A stretch of DNA of 64,000 nucleotides, from positions 873,554 through 937,553 of the forward strand of contig CM119266.1 in NCBI GenBank assembly GCA_051294375.1, read 5' to 3'. This DNA comes from Paraspadella gotoi (lineage: Eukaryota; Animalia; Chaetognatha). A program made the position numbers and the translations under genes. Positions 1-18,500 of the stretch are shown piece after piece; the stretch's first letter is position 1; every line of letters begins with the position of its first letter. The notes beneath the pieces are model-generated. The model was not told the origin of the DNA, ran no database searches, and saw only the letters and a list, made by a program, of their open reading frames with translations.

Positions 1-782
1 TTTGAAATCGTCATTTCCGATCAGACCGATATCTTTAGGACAAAATTGTATTTATTTAGTTATTACTTACTGCTTCCTCTACTAAAGTTTTCTTTTAGCT
101 TTTACCTATGTTAACTCCTTTCTGTTAGTTTCTAATACATATTACCCAAATCCTACCATATTCCATACCAGTTCTTGTTGCTAATTTACTGAATCTATCG
201 TATTTAATATTTATCATAGATGCGGAAAAAGTTTCTCTCTAAATCTTAAAACATCTTAAAATCTTACAAAATGTATTCATTTCTCATTTGCGACTAATTT
301 ACTCATTTTCTATATTAGTTAAACAAAAAAAATTATTTTATTGAAACTCATTGTATTTTTGATTGTAGCATTTTCTGTTTTACTTTACAATACAAATTTT
401 ACGCGGTATTCGTTTGTCTTCCTTAAAATAATAATTATAGTAGTCAGATTTTCTAAAAAACTTTTACAGGAAATTTTGATGAAGATAGAGCTAATAAAGC
501 CGAGACAAAAGAAGCGGATCACTAATAAAAGTTATGTTGACTTACGATGCCGAACTAATAAGAAAAAATACCTCATTTAAATGATTTTAGCTGTAAGTTT
601 GTGTTAATTCAAAATGTTCCACAAAAGTTTGTACAACATAAATGATATCATTTCTCGCTTAATTTTGAAAGTTTTAAATGTAAAACCAAAGTCACTTTAT
701 GACGGCATTTGATCCGACGTCAAATCAAAATATGGCAGTTCGGGAAAAACAAATGATTTAAATGGACCAATCAATCGATCGA

Positions 783-2137
783 TCACGATTCGGTGTAAAA
801 GATCTGGTTGTCGCCGCCATGCTTCTCCCACAACTTCATGCTCGTCCCTTGCTCCTGGGAATATTCGGGGACGTCGACTGCGCGACCGTTGCCGATCGCC
901 GAGACGATCACCCACGAGTTGTCGCCATCGCCGGCCGGCTGATAATTGACGGTAGCGTTTAAATAAAATCAATGAATAAAGTTTTTTAGGTAATGAAAAT
1001 TTGGGTAATATATATATAATTATATAGTTATAGTTCCAAATGGCAACTAAAAGAATATAAAATGAGTTGCGTTTAAGTTACTCCCTGTTTCACAAGAAGC
1101 CTCCTTAAAAAGATGTTTAGTCAGACCCACCTCAAACTTCCACTGTTGATTGACGCCGCCGTGGAGCTCGTACTTGATGATGTCCGCTCCGTCGTCGTCA
1201 GCGCCCCTGGCGGAAAACGAAAAAAAAAAAATTTTCACCTTAGTGCGTTCAATTGATCATTTGTTTCTAAAAGTTTTCTCCCTTTTGTATTTTTCCCTCA
1301 CTTCTTTTATTTACCCGGCGACGTCCAAAGCCTTCCCGTCGTTCTCACTGACGATGTGATACTTATCGTCCTCAACGTGAATCAAACGGAACTTTTGGTG
1401 ATCGCCGTCGTTGCGTTCCCACTAGAAAGTGACAAAGATCTGATGAAGCTTTTTTCAACAAAATGGAATTATGACGTTCTTTATTTCGTAATGAAAATGA
1501 GCCACACTAAATTAATAAAGTTTTCATTTCTAATTACATATCGTCAGCAACTTTGATAGGAAAAGGCGAGTACTCGCGGAGCATCTCTATAAGACACTTT
1601 TCGTTCGGACTGTCGGACTGTCAGTCGTTCGGTATGTCTGTCCATTGGTCTGTCCTAGTTAAAAATTTGCCTATAGTTGCTCATTTGTTAAGACAGAAAA
1701 AACCTAAAATCTCTGGGACTGGTAGCGCCGCCTTCAGGAAATCTAAAACTATAAAGAATAAATGACGGAATTCCGTTAAAGTCGTCATGTCATGTCGGGT
1801 CATTTTATGTCATGTATCGTCATGTTACGTTATGTCACGAGAAATACTCCTGAAAATAAAGTCACTGAGTCGCAACACATTGGATGAACCGATCTTGTTT
1901 TTTTTTCATTGTACTGTACCGCGTTTTAAACTCTTCTCGGATTATTTAGAAGATATAAATTGATAGTTTGATAATATGATAATATGATGTGAACGTATTT
2001 TGTTTACTGAACAGTGAACAGTGCAATGTACATGTAAGTACCTGACAGATGTTCCTATCCGGTCCGGAGTCCAAAACGTGTCCCGTGCATTTGTTGCGCA
2101 GAAACACAACTTGATCATTTAAAGATCCGTCCGCCAT
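783..2137 (-). CDS. Single-domain ricin-B (R-type, beta-trefoil) lectin, 144 aa, 4 exons (2042-2137, 1315-1421, 1131-1206, 783-938)
   Basis: GT-AG splicing with matching phases gives MADGSLNDQVVFLRNKCTGHVLDSG..NICQWERNDGDHQKF..ENDGKALDVAGGADDDGADIIKYELHGGVNQQWKFE..GNGRAVDVPEYSQEQGTSMKLWEKHGGDNQIFYTES*. Three Gx(2)[LV]D...[NH]Qx[WF] subdomains; no signal peptide. Confidence 0.9.
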
Positions 2138-2628
2138 TTTTATATTTGAGATTTTGTTTAAGTTCGGTTGTAAGAAAAAAATTTTAACTACTGTTCAATG
2201 AAAACTTGGAATCTGAATAAAAAGTTATTTGATATAAAACAAAAACAAAGAACCTAAAAATATTCTATGAAAATTCAAAATTTTTTTTCAAAAGTTTTTA
2301 TTTTGTTGTTTTAAAAAATTTTCCCTTCTTCCCCTTGATGAAAATAAGAGGGAGTGCCTCGCGCCGGCGAGCTCGAAAACCAACGAAGTCCAGAGAGCTT
2401 TTTTTTTTAAATTGAAACTCTAAACCTAATTAAAAAAAAAAAGATTGAAATTGATATAGAAAAGCCGTAAGTTATTGGAGTGTAATATTAGGAGCTGTTT
2501 TGTGCTTACTGCATTGGGAAAATTAAAATGTGGGTTGTAAAAAGAAAGAGACGAAAAAAAATATTAAAAATTTATCTTGCGACTATGAGAAAAAAGAGAG
2601 AGAAAGAAAAAAAAAAAGAGAGAGAAAG

Positions 2629-2691
<63 letters not shown>

Positions 2692-5009
2692 AGTGATAAG
2701 AGAAATCGCAATCCCGAAAGCCAAGGCCGAAAAGCAAAAAGGATCCTGAAGTTGGAGTTGAAGTCGGAAAAAAAAAAGATATTTTTTTAACAAAACTTTT
2801 TCAAGTCAGAGTCCAGACGAATAAGAGAGATGGGAAACTGTATGAATGGGATTTATATTTAACGAAGCCAAGTCGTAATTTGTGAAAACTAACTAACAGT
2901 TAACTGTTAATTCATCATAGTTTAAAATCCGACGAATAAAAATTGTTTCTCGAGGATAATTATTATTATTTCTTCACAAGAAAATAAGAAAAATATTCCC
3001 CACTAAATTGGTTTGAGTGAGAAGTGATCGATTCGTGAAAGTGACCCAGTTTTAACGACGATTTAACGAATCACTATGTAGTGGCGTCTCCTTGAGATGT
3101 GAATCGGAGATAAAAATCGGCGAAAACTAACGCATCTCGCTCTTCGACTTTAATCGCGTTTCAGTGTAGCGAGTCCAGACGCGGGACGAAAGGCAATCCC
3201 AAAAATGATCGAAATCCAAGGAGAAATTCTTAGCGATTTTTTTTCCTATTTTTTAGTTAATCATTTCACATAAAATTCATATTGGTTTTAAATGTTCACA
3301 AATAAAAATTGAATTTAGAACAACAAACATTTCTGTCGAGTGAGACGGAGAAAAAAGAGAGTGAGAGGAAGAGAGAGAATGTCTCACCTCGAAGATTCTG
3401 GTTGGAATCGTCGGTGGCGGAATGGTCGAAAGAGAGAGAGAGAGAGAGAGAGACAGAGTGAAGCAAAAAAAGGGAAAGAAAATAAAAAGGAATGACAAAA
3501 AAAGAGAAAATTTGGCGGGAAAGAAGGAAGAGGATGAAGACGATGATGACGACGATGATATAGAAGTTCGAATTAGAGTTGATGTCGAATATGTGAAAGT
3601 TAAGGATGAAGTCGAATCCAATGAAGTTACTTGAATCTCACCAAGAAACAGATTGTTTAATAACTGGACTCTCCAGATAATTAATCAGTATCAATACCCA
3701 GGCTCAGAATTGTGACTGACTCGTGATTTGATGCGAAAAATTATAGATTTGATCAAGGACCACCGCCAATAAAAATACCACCGAAATAATTTTGAAAAAT
3801 TTCTAAAAAAATGGAAAAACTGATGAAACGCCTAAAAAAAATAGGATTGACATTGAAAGTAAACGGCGAAGAAAAAAGATTAGGACCGAAATCGACGATA
3901 AAGTTTTCAACGAGGTTATAACTGACATTGAAAGCGAAAAAGAAATACTTTTCATCTCAAGTTCTCTTCTCCCCCACCTCCCCACGCAAAAAAGAAAAAA
4001 AAAGAAGCTGTTAGCAGAAAGAAAAATATATGTCGTAAAACTTTATTCTTCGGCCACCCGGCTGTTTTCACCGTCACGGTTAACCAACCTGTACTAACTA
4101 ATAATTAGTAACTGTGCTCCATACTAAATACGCCATCCATCGCTGCTTTTCTATTCGTTTCCACAGACGCGCGGACTTTTGTCCCCAGAGAGTCTCGGTT
4201 TCGAATCCCGAGCTCCGGATATGTCAACTTTTTCCCTTTTGTTTGTCCGGGGATTTTCGATTTTAAGACTCGAGAAACGATTCGAGGCAGAGATGACGAA
4301 TCGTTACTGAGATTCTTTTTTCTTTATTTAAACATTTTTAAAACTTTTTATCCATGTTGAATCTGTAAAAGTTTCTTTTCCAATTTTCGTTCTGCCAGGA
4401 AATAATGAGTCACTTTTCAAAAATTGTTTTTCTTAATTAACTATATATGTTAATGTATAATGTATATTTTTAATTCAAGTGTAATCAAAACAAATATTTC
4501 ATTAATCTAAAAAATGTAAATATTATACTTTTCATTCTTAACACAGTACAGAGCATTTAATCTTCGTCTACTTTACAACATTTCACTCTTCAAGCAAAGA
4601 ACTCCAAGGATTGCGCCGAGAGGGCGAGATGCTGCGTGCCAGAGGCTGAGCCACGAGGGTCGGACGGCGTAAGAGGGAGCGCCGAAAGGCGGGGCGTCGT
4701 CGAACCTTCTCCCGGGGAATGTAAACAAAAGAGAAATGTAAACAAAATGTTGTTTCTTTCTTCTGTTTTTTAAATCTCAAAACATCGCGAAGAGGAAAAA
4801 AAGGTCGAGAAGGTTTTGAAAAGTCTTGGCGCTGGACGCATTCCTGATTCGAGCCTCTTTCGGGTGTGGGTTGCGTGTGAAGAGGGTGGGGCAGTGGGGA
4901 GAAAAATCATGTGGAATTGTGGGCAATTGAATGAGCGGGACTGTGGCGAGAGAGCAGGTCGTCTGGATGTGAATCAAGGATAGCTTTGTTGACCGAAAAG
5001 CCGCTGGGA

Positions 5010-6113
5010 CTAGAAAGAATGAGACGATTGCGAGTGTGTGGACTGTTGAGTGTGGAGTGTGGGGTGGGCGATGTGGTCAGGATGTGGCGAGTGGGCCACA
5101 TCCCGTTCAATGTTTAAGGAAAAAGCAGAGAAGCGGTGAAGCAGAGGAGAGCGACGACCCAAGATAAGTAGAAGCTCCATCCGAAATCTGGGTCTGGGGG
5201 AGAGATGGTGGGCGGGGGGGGGGGTTGGGGGACTAGTTAATTGACTAAGAAAGAATAAGTTTATATTATTATTTATCTCTTTATTTTTTATTACTTTTTT
5301 AACTTTTTCTTCTAGACTTCTAGACTATGATATGAAAAAGACAAAAAGGAGCTGTTATTTAATTTTTTAAATTCTTTTTTTTATCTGTTTAAATCTTCGG
5401 ATGAAGAGATTCAAGCGAACCCTACCCTAAACTAAGTTATGTCACTCCTTAAATGTTGGGGCCTTGAGTAAGTTAAATTTTATACTTTTCCCAACCTAAA
5501 TTTTTCCGAATCCGTAACAGAACCAGCGATGATATTTCTTTCCTCTTTTGGATTCGTAAAGTTTTCTCTTATTGAGAGAGATGACTGATTCGAGTGAAAG
5601 AGAGAGCGTCTGTCACTTAAACTTTTTCAAAAAGACTTTTAATTAATGTTTGTTTTAAAAAAAGTCGGTTAACGAACATCGAACTCGCGGAAAAAGTTTT
5701 TCCTCTCTGGGAAATAAAAGGATAAATAAAACGTCGAAGCCCTTTTCCGTTGTGAAATTTTTTTAGAAGAAAAAAAAAGCGTTTAGTTTCAACGGAGATG
5801 AATATTTTGTTAGATCTTTAATTCTGCTTCTCCCTTGCATCGCCGTTCTGTAAATTCTTTTCTCGGAAGATTTAAAAAGATTTCGGCTTCGTAATTTCAG
5901 CTATATAGCTACATATATCGTCAACTCAAAATACATTAAAAATTATGATACGCAAAATTAAGAAAACGTTAATTCAAATCTGATAGTTTAATTTTCAAAA
6001 TAACTTTCTGAATATTCTCCGTTTATTGTCTCGCTCCCCGCAGTTAAACCACCAACCTTGGTTCTATTTTTATTAATCTATTTTTTAAAGATTTTTATAT
6101 ATATTTCATGGTA

Positions 6114-6158
<45 letters not shown>

Positions 6159-7522
6159 TTCAAGTTTTGTTTTCCCTTTTAAGATTTCTTTTAATCTTTG
6201 TTTCTCAAGTTTTTCTCATTTCCTCTTCACTCGAAATTTTCTGCTCATTATCAAGTCTTTCGTGATTATTCGAGTTTTTCCTCACCTCGGATCCACTCGC
6301 CCTGTTCATTCACCTCACCTCCACCCCCAGCCCCTCTTTTGCCACACCCGGAATTCACCTCGACCGACGTGAAGTCTTTTCTGAAAGGCGAGACCGAAAA
6401 GCAAAACTCCGATGAACTCCAATGCACCTAAATTGAACAAAAGAACAAGTCGCAACACGAATGGCTTTTCTTGAAGTTTATAAAATTAAAAATATTTAAA
6501 CTAATCCAAGAAAACTTTTTCTAGAAGAAAAAAACGTAGACGTGACTAAGAATTACTCGCGGCAAAAGCCGCCAAAAATTATTACAGAAAAAAAAAGATT
6601 TTAAGCTTCCAACGAGTTCCGCCCAGCATTTAGTGGCGCTGCCAAAAAAGGAATATCCGAAAAATAAACAAAAGTCAAAAGACTAAAAGATATATTTTTC
6701 TCAAACTAATAAAATAATCATATAATTGCTGTGGTTATTTGTTATATACTTGAATGTAATTGAAATTATGTTGCGATACCTAATTTACAAATGAGAAAAT
6801 ATTATCCATTTCAACACTAATTAAAATTTTCAGCATTAATAAATATCAACAATCTTCCACTCACCAGCCACCAAGTATAACGCCATCCAAACCCTCGTCG
6901 GTTTCCTCCTCCTCTTCTTCCCCGTCCCCGTTCTCCCGCGACCAAAGTGGGCGTGGCAGAACCAGACGAAGGCGACGACGACGAGCGAGAGGGAGACGCC
7001 GACGAGGATTTGCGAGGCTAGGAGGAAGTGGGAGGAGGAAGGGGCGCTGTCATTAGCTGCGGCGGCGGAGTAGGAGGCGGTGGCGGCAGCGGTGGCGGCG
7101 GAGGCGGCGACGTCGTCGTGGTCGTTTTCATTGCGGCCTTTAAAATGTTAAATTATTAAATATACCTCATAAATTGCTTTTCGTTTTACTACGTATTATC
7201 ATAAATTTTTCAATAGAAAAAAACAGGGAGACGAATGAGTTCCTTCCTCGACCGAGTTGGAAAAACATAGAATGTAAAATCAGCAGCAGGATCATCATTG
7301 GATGAACGGCAAAAGCAGCAGAAAAAGCAGCAAAAGCAGCAGCAAATTGTCCTCACCAGCGCCGAAGACGTTGACGCTCTCTCCTCTCACCCACCCTCGA
7401 GAGGAGGAGGCGAGGAGGTGGAGGAGGAGGAGGATGAGGAGGAGGAGAAAGCGGAGGAGGGCGAAGGGGAGAAGGTGAAGACGCAGGTGGACGGAGATGG
7501 AGTCGTCGAGACGGCCGTCCAT
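5010..7522 (-). CDS. Claudin/PMP22/EMP-like four-TM protein, exons 7357-7522, 6865-7137, 6359-6427, 5193 onward
   Basis: Phase-1 GT-AG introns join TM1 (LLPFALLRFLLLLILLLLHLLASSSRGW), TM2 (ASQILVGVSLSLVVVAFVWFC), TM3 (VWMALYLVAGALEFIGVLLFG) and TM4 (DFGWSFYLSWVVALLCFTASLLF; GWSFYLxW is typical of claudin-superfamily TM4). As assembled it stops at 5114; one extra T in a homopolymer would extend it to 5010. Confidence 0.7.
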
Positions 7523-7845
7523 GGACGAGGGGGTTGGGGGGGTGGGGCGGTGGGTGATGGTGGGAGGAGGAAGAGGGAGGCTGAGGAGGAGGAGGGGATG
7601 GATACAAAATTAGCAGCTATTGATTAGGGATGTATATTCATTGCTAAAAGATTAGTGTTGTTTTTAATGTTTGTTTATGTATCGTTTGTTAATTATTATA
7701 ATAGATAGTCCTTCGGAATTTTAAACTTTGTCTTATGTCTAAAAATAGGGCTTCATTTCATTTATTACAAAAGTAATTTTATATCTCTTGTAGGTTATTA
7801 TTGAATAATGAATATTGGAGTTGTCATCTCTCGGTTATTATATCG

Positions 7846-13715
<5,870 letters not shown>

Positions 13716-14446
13716 GACGAAATTTCGAACCAATATGTTTCAAGAAGATAGCCATAGTTTTTGTTGACAACCGAGACGAAACTATACGGAGAACAGATTT
13801 CATACTTTTTGACAATCAGTAGAAAAATTATTTAAAAAAAAAAATTATATTATTATTTGAAAGTAAATGATAAATGATAAATAAATAAGTAAATAAATAA
13901 GTAAATGATCCAATGAAATCTTATTCTCAAGATGCTCTTTTACCCAAAAAAAATTTTTTTTATTGTTCCAAGTTTTTTGTTTGTGATTTTTTTTTCAAAG
14001 ACAAAAAAACGATTAAAAGATTTTGTTTTTGCTTTCAAAAAATCAGGAAAAAATAAGATCAAAAACTGAGATTTCTTCGTTTTTATTTTTTTGTTTTACC
14101 AGAAAAACCAGAGAAGAAACGTTTAAGGGCAAATTAAATCAGAAAAAAAAGATTAGAATAAGTTTTAATCCATTAAAAAAAAAAAGAAAAGATTTTCCTT
14201 AATTTTTTTGTTTTCCGTCGGCGGAAGATCTCTCCTTTCAGTCCCCTCGCGCCTTCTCTTCAAACAATTCTTTTTTTTTTAAGATCCAGTCTCCTCTATG
14301 AAACACCTATCTCTTTCCCCATTCCTCTACAGTCTACAAACTCTAAACTCTTTCTTTTCTTGACGACCTCTCTTCTTTTAAACCCTTATTTTCTGCGAGT
14401 AAACCTTTGCTCCTCTTTTAAAAACATACATAAATACATATATACA

Positions 14447-14481
<35 letters not shown>

Positions 14482-14839
14482 TCCTCACTTGTCTTCCGTA
14501 ATTTTTTCTCAGATACAAACCCCATTTTCCCTCTTACACTTCTTTTCTTTTAATTCCTATCCTTTTTAATTTTAACTCAACTTCTCTTTCAAATTTTCTT
14601 AATTTAAAATGTCCTCTTCTTTTCAGCCCTAAAGGTATATTGCTTTTTTTTAGTTTCTAGTTGTGTGTGAAGAAAAGTAAAAAAGAATATCATCTTTCAA
14701 CGATGACAAAAATACATAGATTATCGCTAACTCGGTCGAACTAAAACTTATACACCATACTACACCAATCAGTATTCACTATTCAAACACTCTAACAGGC
14801 TTAGATCCACCTACACCTTAAAAGGGATTAAAAACTAGA

Positions 14840-14902
<63 letters not shown>

Positions 14903-15585
14903 CGGGCGTTCCTTTCCGTCTCGTGTTCGGAAGTGAAGTATTCGAGGAATGAGACGAGAAGATGAGAGAAAGACGACAGTCCAGGACCGCAGGAAAGAAG
15001 CTTGGATTTTGCGATCCAAAACGCGAAGGGGAACCGCGCGGCCCAACACAGATACAATAGTACTTCTTCCTGACTTATTTCATTTTTGTTATTTACGTAT
15101 AGATACACCCTTAATTTGTATTATTTTTCTTTCTTTCACCTCATACAATTATTCATTTAATAGAAAATTTAATAATTGATCCTGAGAAATGTTCATTCGC
15201 ATCAAATTTCGGGATTTTTGGGTTAATTTATCTATAAAAAAGACTGATACAAGAATTAGATTAGATCCTATCAACAATAAGCCATAATGTCATTTTAAAT
15301 TCTACTACATCTAAACTGTGTTTTTCAAAATTTATATGTTTTATACGTATGATCATAAAATGGGATATACTTGTTGTTGCTCCACAATACATTTGTTATT
15401 CCATCTTTGATTGATTCTCCTCTAGCGTTTAAAGAAATCAAATTATATTTCAACTTTTTCTTGTGCAAATTATGTATCAGCAATGTTTTACATAATGTGC
15501 AATGTATTTTCATCATACTATTGATAAAATAAATTCAATGAAACAAAAAGAGACGAAACAAAAATTCACGCGCGTAGTTTAAGCT

Positions 15586-18500
15586 TCAAAGTCTCGTTAT
15601 GAAAACCAATTTATTGGTATCAACTACGCCGTTGCCACGCGACGCGACCGCGTTGCCATAGGAGACCGTTCTTATGTCACTAGAGTCGCCGCTGATTCCA
15701 TTCGAAGCGCCGCCACCAGCAACTGCAACATTTCTTGGCGCGGATTCGATTGTCCTAATATCTTTGTCTTCGGTGATGATTCGGTTGTCGTAGCCTCCCA
15801 AGTTTGTCGTCGACGTCGGCGTCGTCCCTTTTGGCTCCGTTTCGTCCTCGACGCTCCCGCGACAGTAAAACGAGTTTTTGTTTAGCCTCACGACCGAACC
15901 GGCCGGCGCCTCCTCCCACTCGAGGCGCTTCCGTCGCCTTCCCAGACACCGGGCGCTCGGTGGCAGCGTCTGCAGACGCCTCCGCACGCCGCGGCGACAT
16001 GACGCCGCCAGCGAAGCCAATTCGCGTCGGAAGGCGGCGCCGGTGGCGATGTAGCACAGAAAGTTGGAACAGTGATTTATAGTGGAAGCGAAGATGGCGA
16101 GGGAGAAGTGACGCTCCATGCGAGATTTGTAGAAGTCGCCTGGGTGCAGTGGTAAGGATACATAGAGGGCGCTTTTTTTTTAATGAAATCTGGAAATATC
16201 TAATTAACTTTTTCAACTAATAACTTAATAACTAATTAATGAATGATATTATATTAGTAAACTTTATAAAAAAAAGGTATATAAATTGGTGTATAGATAA
16301 TTATAAAAAAATACAATTTGCAAATGAGATGGAGAAAGCCAAGTTTTTCAAAGTATTAAGCGAGTAGCTTAGTAATATCGTCAATAACAACAACAACAAC
16401 AACGACAACAAGAAGTAGGACGACCAGCCTCACCCGCCCATCGTTCGGCGCTGGTGAAGACGCACATGGGGAGAGAGAGGACGAGGAATGTGATGGAGAC
16501 GATGGACAGCATGATGGTGAGGCGCTCGGCCGAGTCGGGCAGCATACCTGACACCGTGGCCGACGCCTGCCGACGACTGGGTTGGCCGGACGAGCGGGGG
16601 AGCTTGTCTGGGTGAGAGAGTGGACGGACCGGGGAAGGGGGACCGATATTATATTACAATATGACCCATGAAATAGGTACAACCAAAATAAAATTATGAA
16701 GAGGCTGGTTTTACAGGGCGCCACACCCGCAGCGGTGTCACCTCGTGGCGACAGCGAGACAGCATGTTCATGTAGTCCAGAGCTTTGGATCTGGCAGTAG
16801 GCCCATGCCTACAGGCGGGTTACCCGGTCCATCCCACTTTCTACATGACAACCTCAGGGCTCGAACCAGGGACGCACATTGGGATGGTGCATTAGTCCAC
16901 TGAGCCACTGAGGCGCTGCGGAAGAAACAGCTTTAATCCATCTGTGGTGATAGGACCACCAGAATTACACAATACCGATTCATTCAATTAATAAGCTATC
17001 TTGCCCCTGACTTAGAACAGGCTATGGTTGGTTAAGGCCTGCATCCTTGTTATAAGATAATCAATCCACAAACTTTTAATTAAATTAAGACCACTCAATC
17101 TGAGAACGTACATAAAAGGACAACTCCCATAAGTATTGGTTCAAGAAATATTTTATTTTTAATCTTTGACTTTGATCCGGTTCCAATACGGTTCCATTCG
17201 ATTCCATTCGATTCCATTCGATTCCCTCTTTTGGAGTTCTATATATTCCTACAATGATAGTTTACCCGCCTCTCCCCGGATGCGACGTTTGAGTCCCCGT
17301 ATGTGATAGAGAATGACGCCGTTGCAAACGCCGAGAATCAAGACTGGGATGACGAGGTAAGTCACGCTGGTGAGAGTTTTAAACGCCGCGCCCACCGATT
17401 CGTATTCGGGGTAAACGTCGCAGTGAGTTGTGTGATGATGGTCGCTGTGATTGGCTACAATTGAAAGAAATCGCTGTGATTGGCTACAATTAAAAGAAAT
17501 GCGTTACTGATGTGGGGGGGGGGAGAGTTGGAGAAAAATTATTTTTAAAAAAGTTATTACCTAAAATTCAAATTTAAATAATATGACACTTTCAATTTTC
17601 AATTATAAATTTTAAGTGAGCAATGTAAAGAAAAGACTAAACTAAACTTGCAATCGACAGCAAAGACGACGACGAGTCAAACCACAATCGACCAACTCAC
17701 GTAAAATATTCAGATGGTCGTGATCGCCGTAATTAGCGTCATCTATGGTGTCGGGTCCCATGATGACGAGATTCCATGACGACATTGCTGCAGCTAAAAC
17801 GAAGATGACGCACGTGACCCGAAACGCGTGAGTCCGACTGAAAACATTAATATGAAAATATCATGGGTGGAGTTTCGATGGATTTTTCATTTTGGCTGCA
17901 GCTTCTCCACTCTCTATCACCACATTGGTAAAACCATTATAAAATTATCCATTAATTCGTAAAATTTTGAACAGGCTGCTGTCATCTTTTCGCCGACCGA
18001 ATAGAACCTCAGACAACTTAAAAAAGAAAGGCGCTGCGACGGTGACAGCCTTTTCCGAGTGCCCAGCCTGTACCATTCCACCGCACACCGCCCAACCACG
18101 CTCACCTCGAAAACGAGGCTACCCTCAGCGGCGCTGCGACGGCTACAGCTTTTTCCAGCGTCACGGCGCAGATGATCCACGAGGCGGAAGTGAAGGAGAC
18201 GAAATTCGCCCAGGAAGAGATTTTGCAGAAGGAATCCGTCACGTGAAGGGAAGGAATTGATCTGGAGGCGGGGAAAACAAATAATTGGTCCGTCTGTCTG
18301 TCGCTCTGTCGCGTTACGTATCAACCGAATCCGTGACAATTACTTTTCAGACAACAACCAAATTTTTCCTCATTACCCAGTGAGTCCAATCAGCCCAATA
18401 CCCAGATCACCAATTAGTCCATAAGGCGTAGAACAAACCTAACCTGGGTCGCTCTCTCATTAATGAAGTCCCTGATACTCGTTATACTGACAATATTACT

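Noticed and set aside
4190-4240. B-box-like hairpin CTCGGTTTCGAATCCCGAG followed by a T-run (possible Pol III RNA); similar weak signal at 25920-25980
   Set aside because: No convincing A box, boundaries or second copy.
14900-15070. GC-richer minus-strand ORF after an AG acceptor
   Set aside because: No recognisable protein and it runs into a (CT)n tract; probably promoter or 5' UTR of the downstream unknown gene.
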